From Candidatus Omnitrophota bacterium (lineage in GTDB: Bacteria > Omnitrophota > Omnitrophia > Omnitrophales > JACROU01), in the NCBI GenBank assembly GCA_016206875.1, contig JACQQR010000267.1, positions 1 through 38,807 of the forward strand: DNA of 38,807 bases. Direction: 5' to 3'. Each line of letters starts with the position of its first letter. The stretch's first letter is position 1. The notes beneath the pieces were generated by a model. The model did not search any database, was not told the origin of the DNA, and worked only from the letters and a program-made list of their open reading frames with translations. Made by a program: the position numbers and the translations under genes. Shown here piece after piece: positions 1 to 7,321 of this stretch.

Positions 1-109
1 AAGCAGAGGGAGAGGGCGGACGCGGAACGCGCCGGGGTGAGGGTGTCGCCACTGAAACCCTCACCCTTAATCCCTCTCCCTTTCTCGCCTTCGGCGGAAG
101 GGAGAGGGG
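1..109. repeat. Hairpin-rich intergenic repeat built from GGGAGAGGG/CCCTCTCCC and GGGGTGAGGGT/ACCCTCACCC arms. The copy is partial because the window edge cuts it.
   Basis: GAGGGAGAGGG lies at 6-16. GGGGTGAGGGT (34-44) pairs with ACCCTCACCC (57-66). TTAATCCCTCTCCCTT (67-82) pairs with AAGGGAGAGGGG (98-109) around a CGCC-TTCG-GCGG inner hairpin (86-97). The same module order and orientation recur at 38641-38757. Confidence 0.6.
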
Positions 110-167
110 CAGCTGAACGGTTACAGTTGAATTTGGGGATAAGTTTGTTTTAGAATTATCCACAGGG

Positions 168-201
168 AAAGCCCCCTATAGAGAGTAAGGGGGCTTTTTT
201 T
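168..201 (+). terminator. Intrinsic terminator, probably for a gene upstream of the window
   Basis: AAAGCCCCCT (168-177) pairs with AGGGGGCTTT (188-197) across a 10-nt loop, and a T-run follows to 201. Confidence 0.6.
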
Positions 202-254
202 ATGGGTAAAGTTAGACGGCTATTTTCTCGATATTGCCTATTGCAGCGCAAGTA

Positions 255-330
255 AATTGAAAATGGGCGTAGCCCATTGTCAAACTGCATAGTACCGCGA
301 ACCCCCAATATTAAATGTTTTGCGGTACTA
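255..330. repeat. Copy A of a two-copy ~75-nt double-hairpin intergenic element
   Basis: AATTGAAAATGGGCGTAGCCCA and TAGTACCGC...AAATGTTTTGCGGTACTA are nearly identical to 20644-20717. It holds a small hairpin TGGGC-GTA-GCCCA and a larger hairpin TAGTACCGC/GCGGTACTA with a ~22-nt loop. Confidence 0.6.
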
Positions 331-358
331 TATTAAAGAAGGTGTTTATTTCGCAATT

Positions 359-1336
359 ATGAAAAAACGTATTGTAAGCGGAATTCGGCCTACCGGAAAA
401 TTGCACTTAGGCAATTTCTTGGGGGCCTTGGAGAATTGGAAAAAGCTCCAGGACGAAGATGCTTTTTTCATGATCGCCGATTGGCATGCATTAACCACCG
501 AATACGAATCTCACGCGCAAATAAGAAACTACGTTTTTGAAGCGGCTATTGATATTTTAGCCAGCGGAGTGTCGCCGGAGGAGTGCACTCTTTTTATTCA
601 AAGCGATGTCAAAGAGCATGCGGAACTGGGGCTCATGCTTTCCATGATTACGCCGCTTGCGTGGCTTGAGCGCAATCCCACGTATAAAGATCAGATTGAA
701 GAATTAAAAGGAAAAGACTTGCACACGCACGGATTTTTGGGATATCCGGTTCTCCAGGCCGCAGATATTTTGCTTTATAAAGCCGAAGGGGTTCCGGTCG
801 GCGAAGACCAGCTGGCTCATTTGGAGCTGACGCGTGAGATCGCGCGGCGGTTTAATTTTTTGTACGGAAAATTATTTCCCGAGCCCGAGGCCCTGTTAAC
901 GCCGGTGAAAAAACTTCCGGGGCTGGACGGCCGGAAAATGAGCAAGTCCTACGACAATTGCATTTATCTTTCCGATTCGCCTGAAGAGGTGCGTAAAAAA
1001 ATTATGGGCATGATGACCGACCCGGCCCGTAAGCGCCGTTATGACAAAGGCAATCCCGATGTTTGTCCGGTTTTTTATTACGACAAAATATTTAATCCCG
1101 CCGTAGTTCGGCAAGTAGATGCCGGATGCCGGAGCGCGGAGCTGGGTTGTGTGGAAGACAAACAAATGCTGGTCGAGGCATTGCTGAATTTTATGAAGCC
1201 GATTCATGATCGCCGGAAGCAACTTGAAAACGAACGCGCAAAAATCACGGAGATTTTGCGCGAGGGTGCGCGGCGGGCCGGCGCGGTTGCGCAAAAAACG
1301 CTTGCAGAAGCCAAAGAAAAAGTGGGGTTGGCTTAA
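359..1336 (+). CDS. trpS: Tryptophan--tRNA ligase
   Basis: The N-terminus MKKRIVSGIRPTGKLHLGNFLGAL carries a HIGH-type motif, and a KMSKS motif is present. Length (~325 aa) is typical. I chose the ATG at 359 over the upstream TTG at 320 because that TTG lies inside the repeat hairpin. Confidence 0.93.
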   Translation: MKKRIVSGIRPTGKLHLGNFLGALENWKKLQDEDAFFMIADWHALTTEYESHAQIRNYVFEAAIDILASGVSPEECTLFIQSDVKEHAELGLMLSMITPLAWLERNPTYKDQIEELKGKDLHTHGFLGYPVLQAADILLYKAEGVPVGEDQLAHLELTREIARRFNFLYGKLFPEPEALLTPVKKLPGLDGRKMSKSYDNCIYLSDSPEEVRKKIMGMMTDPARKRRYDKGNPDVCPVFYYDKIFNPAVVRQVDAGCRSAELGCVEDKQMLVEALLNFMKPIHDRRKQLENERAKITEILREGARRAGAVAQKTLAEAKEKVGLA

Positions 1337-1338
1337 AT

Positions 1339-2118
1339 ATGGAAACATTACATCAGTCCGTAATTGAGATTCGAACCGCAAATCTTTCCGTGCGGCTGCC
1401 CGTATTTGAGGGCCCGCTAGACCTTCTTCTTGAGCTGATCAAGAAAAATGAAGTGAATATCTATGATATTCCCATTACAGAAATTACCCGGCAATACATT
1501 GATTATTTAAATCAAATGAGAGAGATGGATTTGGAGGTTGCCGGTGAATTTCTCATTATGGCCGCCACGCTTCTCTATATTAAATCCAAAATGCTGCTTC
1601 CGGACGAGCCGGCGGAAGAAGAAGAACTGGAAGAAGACCCGCGTGAGGCGCTGGTTAGAAAGCTTTTGGAGTATCAGGCCTTTAAAGAAGCGGCGAGTGA
1701 GTTAGGAGAGATGGAGCTGGCCCGCTCAAAAATATTCACCCGCCAGCTGGCAGATTTTTATTTTAAAGATTTGGAAGAGGAAGCGGCTCTCCAGGCCCCG
1801 CTCAGCGCTGATTTGTCGGACCTGCTGCAAGCATTTCATAAAGTGTTGAAAGCCATTTCGCGCGAAAATATTCACGAGGTGTTCGAGCAGGTCATTACTA
1901 TCGATCAAAAAATTGAGCATATTCGCCGCTATATCCGTGAAAAAAGGGAATTTTATTTTTCAGAGCTTTTGCCGCAATCGGTTACCCGCAATGAGCTCAT
2001 CGTGACGTTTTTAGCGATGCTTGAAATCACCAGGCAAAAAGCAATTTATGTAGAGCAAAAGAAAATGTTTGAAGACATTCGCATTCGTTCGTTGTCACTG
2101 AACGGGCATGTCAGGTAA
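1339..2118 (+). CDS. scpA: Segregation and condensation protein A (kleisin)
   Basis: FEGPLDLLLELIKKNEVNIYDIPITEITRQYIDYL is a typical ScpA N-terminus. scpB follows directly. Confidence 0.9.
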   Translation: METLHQSVIEIRTANLSVRLPVFEGPLDLLLELIKKNEVNIYDIPITEITRQYIDYLNQMREMDLEVAGEFLIMAATLLYIKSKMLLPDEPAEEEELEEDPREALVRKLLEYQAFKEAASELGEMELARSKIFTRQLADFYFKDLEEEAALQAPLSADLSDLLQAFHKVLKAISRENIHEVFEQVITIDQKIEHIRRYIREKREFYFSELLPQSVTRNELIVTFLAMLEITRQKAIYVEQKKMFEDIRIRSLSLNGHVR

Positions 2119-2138
2119 TCCCGAAAGGAGAACATCTC

Positions 2139-3041
2139 ATGGCTTTATCCGTCGAGGAGTTAAAACAAAAAGAACGCGAGAGGGAATTAAAAACTAAAGA
2201 ACTGCGCCGTGAGTTGGAAGGGCAAATCGTAGAACAGCTCCCCGAAAACGCGTTTGAAGGCCGCAAAACGGCAGTAGAGCATTATGAGGAAATCAAAGAA
2301 GTAGATTTTTCGGCGATGAAACAAATCATCGAGGCGCTTTTATTCGTAGCCAGTAAACCGCTTATGCTTGGAGAAATTCGCAAAGTGGTGCGCGGCTATA
2401 AGCCATCGGAAATTGAGCAAGCGCTTAGCGAGCTCAGGCAATCGTACGAAGAGCGCGGAGCCAGTTTCCGTCTTCAAGAAGTGGCGGGTGGTTATGAGCT
2501 TTCCACGCGCCCTGAGTTTGCGCCCTGGATTTTGAAATTGGAAATGGAAAAGAAAGCTCGAGCCGCTACGCACGCGGCGTTGGAAACGCTGGCCATTTTG
2601 GCGTATAAACAACCGGTTACGCGCGTGGAAATTGAAGAGGTACGCGGGGTGGATTCTTCCGGAGTGCTTTCGAGTTTAATGGATAGGAATTTGGTGAAAA
2701 TTACGGGACGCAAAGAAGTGCCCGGCCGGCCGCTTCTATATGCCACCACGGATAAGTTCTTGGAACATTTTGGGCTGAAATCCATTGAGGATTTGCCTAG
2801 AATTGATGAGATCAAAGATTTGGTAGCCCGTATGATCAATCAAGAAGAACTTTCCGGACACAAAGAAGCTCGCGCGCAAAATCAAGCGGGCGAACCGGCG
2901 GAAGAAAAACAGGAAGAAGTTATACCGGGAGCAGAGGAGCGCAGGCAAGTGCTCGAAGAAATTTCCGAGGTCATCAAGAACGCCAAAGTTTCTATCGCTC
3001 CGGAAGTGCAAAATCCAATTAATCCCACAGGAATCGCTTAA
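2139..3041 (+). CDS. scpB: Segregation and condensation protein B, with charged N- and C-terminal extensions
   Basis: The core IIEALLFVASKPLMLGEIRKV ... LETLAILAYKQPVTRVEIEEVRGV matches the ScpB winged-helix repeats. A ~60-aa KE-rich N-terminal extension and a ~70-aa acidic tail flank it. Confidence 0.88.
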   Translation: MALSVEELKQKERERELKTKELRRELEGQIVEQLPENAFEGRKTAVEHYEEIKEVDFSAMKQIIEALLFVASKPLMLGEIRKVVRGYKPSEIEQALSELRQSYEERGASFRLQEVAGGYELSTRPEFAPWILKLEMEKKARAATHAALETLAILAYKQPVTRVEIEEVRGVDSSGVLSSLMDRNLVKITGRKEVPGRPLLYATTDKFLEHFGLKSIEDLPRIDEIKDLVARMINQEELSGHKEARAQNQAGEPAEEKQEEVIPGAEERRQVLEEISEVIKNAKVSIAPEVQNPINPTGIA

Positions 3042-4123
3042 TGACACTTGAAGAGCTTCGCAGCAAAATTGATCAGCTGGATGAAAAAATTATCCGGCTC
3101 TTAAACGACCGAACGGATATTGCCCTAAAAATCGGCGAGCTGAAGAAGCAAAAAGGCTCGGCGATTTACGCGCCGGATCGTGAAAGCGAAGTGTATTCCA
3201 AAATCGTGAAAATGGGCGCCACGGGGCCGCTTTCCAGCGAAGCGCTGAAAGCCGTGTACCGTGAAATTATGTCGGCCTCGCTGGATCTGGAGCGGCCGCT
3301 TACGATTGCCTATTTGGGCCCTGAAGCCACATTCACCCATCTGGCTTCTATTTCTAAATTCGGTGCAAGCGTTCAGTATAGGCCTTGCCAAAACATTGGC
3401 GATGTGTTTTTAGAGGTGGAAAAGGGGAACGCCGATTATGGCGTCATCCCGATTGAGAACTCCACGGAAGGCGCAGTCAACTATACGCTGGATATGTTTA
3501 TTGAATCGGATTTGAAAATCTGCTCGGAAATTGTTTTTGATATTGAACATCATTTAATGTCCTCTCATGAAATGAAGGACATCAAACGTGTGTATTCCAA
3601 TCCGCAAGTGTTTGGCCAGTGCCGGGTGTGGCTGGAAACGCATCTTCCGCGCGTGGAACTGATTGATATGATGAGCACGACTCAGGCGGCCCAGCGCGCG
3701 GCTCAGGAATCGGGTTCCGCCGCCATTGCAAGCAAGCTCGCGGCCACTTTATATAATCTACAAGTGCTCGCATCGCGCATTCAGGATATTTCCGGAAATC
3801 AAACCCGGTTTCTCGTGGTGGGAAGAACCATTTCCGGGAAAACCGGGTCTGACAAAACTTCTATTATGGTTTCCATCAAAGACAAAATGGGCGCGCTTTA
3901 TAAAATGTTAGGCCCCATCCAGAAATATAAAATGAATATGACAAAAATCGAATCGCGGCCCTCCAAGAAAAAAGCTTGGGATTATTATTTTTTCATCGAT
4001 TTTGAAGGGCATGTCGGAGACCCTAAAGTGAAACGGATGTTGCGGGAAATGGAAAAAACAGTGCGTTTTCTCAAAGTCCTCGGCTCTTATCCCTGTCAAC
4101 AAAAAAATAGTGACAGTCACTAA
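3041..4123 (+). CDS. pheA: Bifunctional chorismate mutase / prephenate dehydratase (P-protein)
   Basis: There is an N-terminal CM helix (LEELRSKIDQLDEKIIRLLNDR), a PDT domain (IAYLGPEATFTHLA ... TRF) and a C-terminal ACT domain (TSIMVSIKDKMGALYKML ... ESRP). The start overlaps the scpB stop as TAATG. Confidence 0.92.
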   Translation: MTLEELRSKIDQLDEKIIRLLNDRTDIALKIGELKKQKGSAIYAPDRESEVYSKIVKMGATGPLSSEALKAVYREIMSASLDLERPLTIAYLGPEATFTHLASISKFGASVQYRPCQNIGDVFLEVEKGNADYGVIPIENSTEGAVNYTLDMFIESDLKICSEIVFDIEHHLMSSHEMKDIKRVYSNPQVFGQCRVWLETHLPRVELIDMMSTTQAAQRAAQESGSAAIASKLAATLYNLQVLASRIQDISGNQTRFLVVGRTISGKTGSDKTSIMVSIKDKMGALYKMLGPIQKYKMNMTKIESRPSKKKAWDYYFFIDFEGHVGDPKVKRMLREMEKTVRFLKVLGSYPCQQKNSDSH

Positions 4124-4143
4124 AGTGACAGTCACTATTTTTT
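4101..4143. terminator. Palindromic element A7-TAGTGACAGTCAC-TAAA-GTGACAGTCACTA-T6 (copy 1 of 3), a likely bidirectional intrinsic terminator
   Basis: This is a near-perfect 43-nt palindrome. The pheA stop codon TAA (4121-4123) sits in its loop, and the last pheA codons (SDSH) are encoded by the left arm. A T-run at 4138-4143 follows. Confidence 0.6.
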
Positions 4144-4153
4144 CTCTAATTCC

Positions 4154-5248
4154 ATGAAGCAGCCAGCGTATAAATCCCATATTGAAGCTATTCAGTGCTA
4201 TGAGCCCGGAAAGCCCATCGAAGAGGTCCAGCGTGAGTTGGGCCTTCGTAACGTCATCAAGCTTGCCTCCAATGAAAACCCGCTGGGGCCCTCGAAAAAA
4301 GTGATCGCGGCCATACAAAAGGCCGGGCGCTCCGTGCATTTATACCCGGACGGCGGCATGTTTCGTTTAAAAAAGGCCCTGGCAAAATATCACGAGGTGA
4401 AGCCTTCAGAAATTATTGTGGGCAACGGCTCCAACGAAATCATTGAATTATTAGTGCACGGTTTTATCGAGCCCGGGGACGCGGTGGTATCTTCTGATTT
4501 AACCTTTTTAGTGTATCCGCTTGCGACGCAAGCGGCGGGCGGAAAATACATTCACCTGCCCATGAAAAATTTCCGCTATGATTTACGGGCTCTCGCAAAA
4601 GCGGTGTCGGTCAAAACCCGTTTGGTATTTATCGCCAATCCCAACAATCCGACCGGTTCCTACGTGAGCCAGGAAGAGCTGGACCGCTTTATCGACTCCA
4701 CCCCGCCGAACGTGATTATTTGTTTGGACGAAGCGTATGTGGATTTTACCGATGCCAAAGATTTTCCGCGCTCTTTGGATTACATCAAAAAGAAGCGCCG
4801 CCAGAATGTTGTCCTCCTTCGCACCTTTTCAAAGTCATTTGGGCTGGCAGGCTTGCGATTGGGATACGGGCTTGCTAATGAGACATTAATCGGGTATCTT
4901 CATAAGATACGCCAGCCGTTCAATGTGAATTCTGTGGCGCAAGCGGCAGGGGAAGCAGCCCTGGCGGATACGGCGTATCTTTCTCAAACCCGGAACATTG
5001 TGCTTCAGGGAAGAAATTTTTTGGAAAGCCAGTTTCGCGGTTTAGGGCTTTATTATGTGCCCAGCCAAGCTAATTTCGTTTTAGTCTGCGTTAAGAAGAA
5101 TGCGCGGGAAATATTTCAAAAGTTACTCAAGCGCGGCGTGATTGTGCGTGACATGCGTGCCTACGGACTGAATGAATGGATTCGAGTGACTGTGGGCAAG
5201 CCCGCGGAAAATCGGTTATTTGTACGCGAATTGAAAAAAATACTCTAA
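4154..5248 (+). CDS. hisC: Histidinol-phosphate / aromatic aminotransferase (class II PLP aminotransferase)
   Basis: It has LASNENPLGPS and the PLP-lysine motif RTFSKSFGLAGLRLGY. Its position inside an aromatic amino-acid block suggests an aromatic aminotransferase role. Confidence 0.88.
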   Translation: MKQPAYKSHIEAIQCYEPGKPIEEVQRELGLRNVIKLASNENPLGPSKKVIAAIQKAGRSVHLYPDGGMFRLKKALAKYHEVKPSEIIVGNGSNEIIELLVHGFIEPGDAVVSSDLTFLVYPLATQAAGGKYIHLPMKNFRYDLRALAKAVSVKTRLVFIANPNNPTGSYVSQEELDRFIDSTPPNVIICLDEAYVDFTDAKDFPRSLDYIKKKRRQNVVLLRTFSKSFGLAGLRLGYGLANETLIGYLHKIRQPFNVNSVAQAAGEAALADTAYLSQTRNIVLQGRNFLESQFRGLGLYYVPSQANFVLVCVKKNAREIFQKLLKRGVIVRDMRAYGLNEWIRVTVGKPAENRLFVRELKKIL

Positions 5249-5276
5249 ATTCTAAAGGTAGGAGTGAAATTCAATC

Positions 5277-6293
5277 ATGATTGTTGTCATGAAGCATAAT
5301 GCAACCCCGAATCAAATTCAGCACATCTGCGAAAAAATTCAGGAATTGGGCCTGATTCCCAATGTATCCAAAGGGGTGGAACGCACGGTGATCGGCGTTA
5401 TTGGCGAGGAAGAAAAAATCCGGCTTCAGCCGCTTGAAATTTTTCCCGGTGTTGAAAGTGTTGTTCCTATCCAACGGCCTTATAAATTGGTGAGCCGTGA
5501 GTTCAAACAGGAAAATTCGGAATTTGACATGGGTCGAGGAGTCAAAGTAGGCGGCAGGCGCATTGTGGTGATGGCGGGCCCTTGCTCGGTGGAAAATCGC
5601 GACATGCTTCTTGCGATTGCCAAAGAGGTGAAGAAGGCGGGCGCAACATTTTTGCGCGGCGGCGCTTTTAAGCCGAGAACATCGCCTTATTCCTTTCAAG
5701 GCTTGGGCGAAGAAGGTTTGAAATATTTAAGAGAGGTGGCGGATGAAACAGGGCTTTTAGTGGTCACCGAGGTTATGGACACCCGGCAGGTGGAATTGGT
5801 GGCCAAATATTCCGATATGCTCCAGATCGGCGCGCGGAATATGCAAAATTTTGACCTCTTGCGGGAAGTGGGCACTTCCAAAATGCCGGCTCTCCTGAAG
5901 CGCGGTTTAAGCTCTACAATTAAAGAATGGTTGCTTTCAGCCGAGTACATTCTTTCCAAAGGAAATTTCAAAGTGATGTTGGCGGAACGCGGAATCCGCA
6001 CGTTTGAAACCGCAACACGCAACACACTCGATTTAAACGCCATTCCTGTTGTCAAAGAAGAAACACATCTTCCCATTCTTGTGGATCCTTCGCACGGAAC
6101 CGGAAAATGGGAATATGTAGCCCCGCTGGCGAAAGCGGCGGTGGCCGGAGGCGCCGACGGAATTATGGTGGAAGTCCACCAGAATCCCGAGGAGGCCAAA
6201 AGCGATGGAGAACAGTCGCTTCTTCCGAAGAAATTTTCTAAACTAATGGATGAGCTCAGGCAAGTAGCCAAAGCCGTGGGAAGAGAAATTTAG
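5277..6293 (+). CDS. aroF: 3-deoxy-7-phosphoheptulonate (DAHP) synthase, type I-beta, with an N-terminal ferredoxin-like regulatory domain
   Basis: The N-terminal ~65 aa form an ACT/FL-like domain ([26 protein letters not shown]). The catalytic barrel follows, with [20 protein letters not shown] and VDPSH motifs. Confidence 0.9.
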   Translation: MIVVMKHNATPNQIQHICEKIQELGLIPNVSKGVERTVIGVIGEEEKIRLQPLEIFPGVESVVPIQRPYKLVSREFKQENSEFDMGRGVKVGGRRIVVMAGPCSVENRDMLLAIAKEVKKAGATFLRGGAFKPRTSPYSFQGLGEEGLKYLREVADETGLLVVTEVMDTRQVELVAKYSDMLQIGARNMQNFDLLREVGTSKMPALLKRGLSSTIKEWLLSAEYILSKGNFKVMLAERGIRTFETATRNTLDLNAIPVVKEETHLPILVDPSHGTGKWEYVAPLAKAAVAGGADGIMVEVHQNPEEAKSDGEQSLLPKKFSKLMDELRQVAKAVGREI

Positions 6294-6342
6294 GAGGAAG
6301 GAGAGAGCACAGATCTCCTCTCTCCTCCCTCCTATTCAAAGT

Positions 6343-7203
6343 ATGTCCAAAAAAACTATCGTGATTATTGGCTTAGGCCTGATGGGCGGATCCTTAGCGC
6401 TGGCCTTAAAGCGTAAGCCAAAATCCTTTCGCGTATTCGGCGTATCCCGTTCTCAAGTGAAAATCCGCCAAGCCATTCGAAACCGCATTATCGATGAAGG
6501 CTCCACCCACGTAAGGGATATTCCTCGAGATGCTTTTTTGGTTTGCGTCGCTACACCCGTCTCCGGCATTGCCCGCATCGTCAAAGAATTGGACAAAAGA
6601 GTTGCTGCTACGATTCTTGTGACTGATGTGGGAAGTGTTAAAGAGCCGATTCACAGAGAGCTTGCCTCCTACGGTTTGAAACATGTTGAATTTGTGGGCT
6701 CGCATCCCATGTGCGGGGACCATCACACCGGCTTGGCGGCCGCCCGTAACACGTTGTACGAGGGTTCATTAGTTTTTGTGACCCGGGACTCGGGAAGCAA
6801 AACGTCGATTCAAAAAGTAGCCGGTTTTTGGCGTCAGGCAGGAGCGGGGAAAATCGTGTTCCTTCGGGCCGCGCGCCATGATGAAATTGTTGGGGAAATC
6901 AGCCATCTTCCGCATTTAATTTCTTCTTTGCTGGTCTTATGCGCATCACCGGAGAATGTAAAATTAGCGGGCCCAGGCTTTCGGGACGCTACGCGTATCG
7001 CCCAAGGAGATCCGGAGCTTTGGGTGGATATCGTGGTCGGGAATCCCTATCTTGTCTCGAGCCTCAAGAAATTTGAGAAGGCAGTGCGCGATTTACAAGG
7101 GGTATTAAACACAAAAAATTGGAAGAAACTCGGACAGTTGCTGGCGGCGGCTTCTTCCCGCAGGAAGTCGCTTGGGAGCAACTTTCATTCTGTCCCGCAA
7201 TAG
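6343..7203 (+). CDS. tyrA: Prephenate dehydrogenase
   Basis: It has a Rossmann motif IVIIGLGLMGGSLALAL and the HPMCG catalytic region. The aromatic-pathway neighbours fit. Confidence 0.88.
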   Translation: MSKKTIVIIGLGLMGGSLALALKRKPKSFRVFGVSRSQVKIRQAIRNRIIDEGSTHVRDIPRDAFLVCVATPVSGIARIVKELDKRVAATILVTDVGSVKEPIHRELASYGLKHVEFVGSHPMCGDHHTGLAAARNTLYEGSLVFVTRDSGSKTSIQKVAGFWRQAGAGKIVFLRAARHDEIVGEISHLPHLISSLLVLCASPENVKLAGPGFRDATRIAQGDPELWVDIVVGNPYLVSSLKKFEKAVRDLQGVLNTKNWKKLGQLLAAASSRRKSLGSNFHSVPQ

Positions 7204-7242
7204 ACAAGAGCTACGGTCATGCATCCGGTTTTAAGATTTTGT

Positions 7243-7271
7243 ATTTCTTTCTGGAAGTGCTGTGATATAAT
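7243..7271 (+). promoter_or_regulatory. Candidate extended -10 promoter for rpsA
   Basis: TGATATAAT lies at 7263-7271 (TG-n-TATAAT), with a weak -35 region (ATTTCT at 7243-7248). It sits ~50 nt upstream of the rpsA ATG. Confidence 0.4.
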
Positions 7272-7321
7272 CGCAGGCGCAAGAGGTAAAAAATTCGATT
7301 TAAGGAAGGGTGGAAATCCGA

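Noticed and set aside
202-358. A T-box riboswitch upstream of trpS. GTACCGCG in the repeat resembles the T-box core TGGTACCGCG. I also considered T-boxes upstream of tyrS and ileS.
   Set aside because: The leaders are too short: about 157, 90 and 79 nt, with no room for Stem I. I find no specifier loop with a TGG, TAC or ATC codon in a recognisable context. UGGN is replaced by TAGT. No terminator T-run follows the hairpin. The second copy of the element is not upstream of an aminoacyl-tRNA synthetase gene and has GTACCGCA.
5696-6271. Long minus-strand ORFs throughout the track, for example 5696-6271, 7856-8461, 18473-18928, 20351-20824, 30644-31093 and 3908-4339
   Set aside because: Each lies entirely antisense to a + strand gene with clear family motifs. 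Their translations are low-complexity or Arg/Ser/Pro-rich with no recognisable domains, and none has a plausible RBS. I treat them as shadow ORFs.
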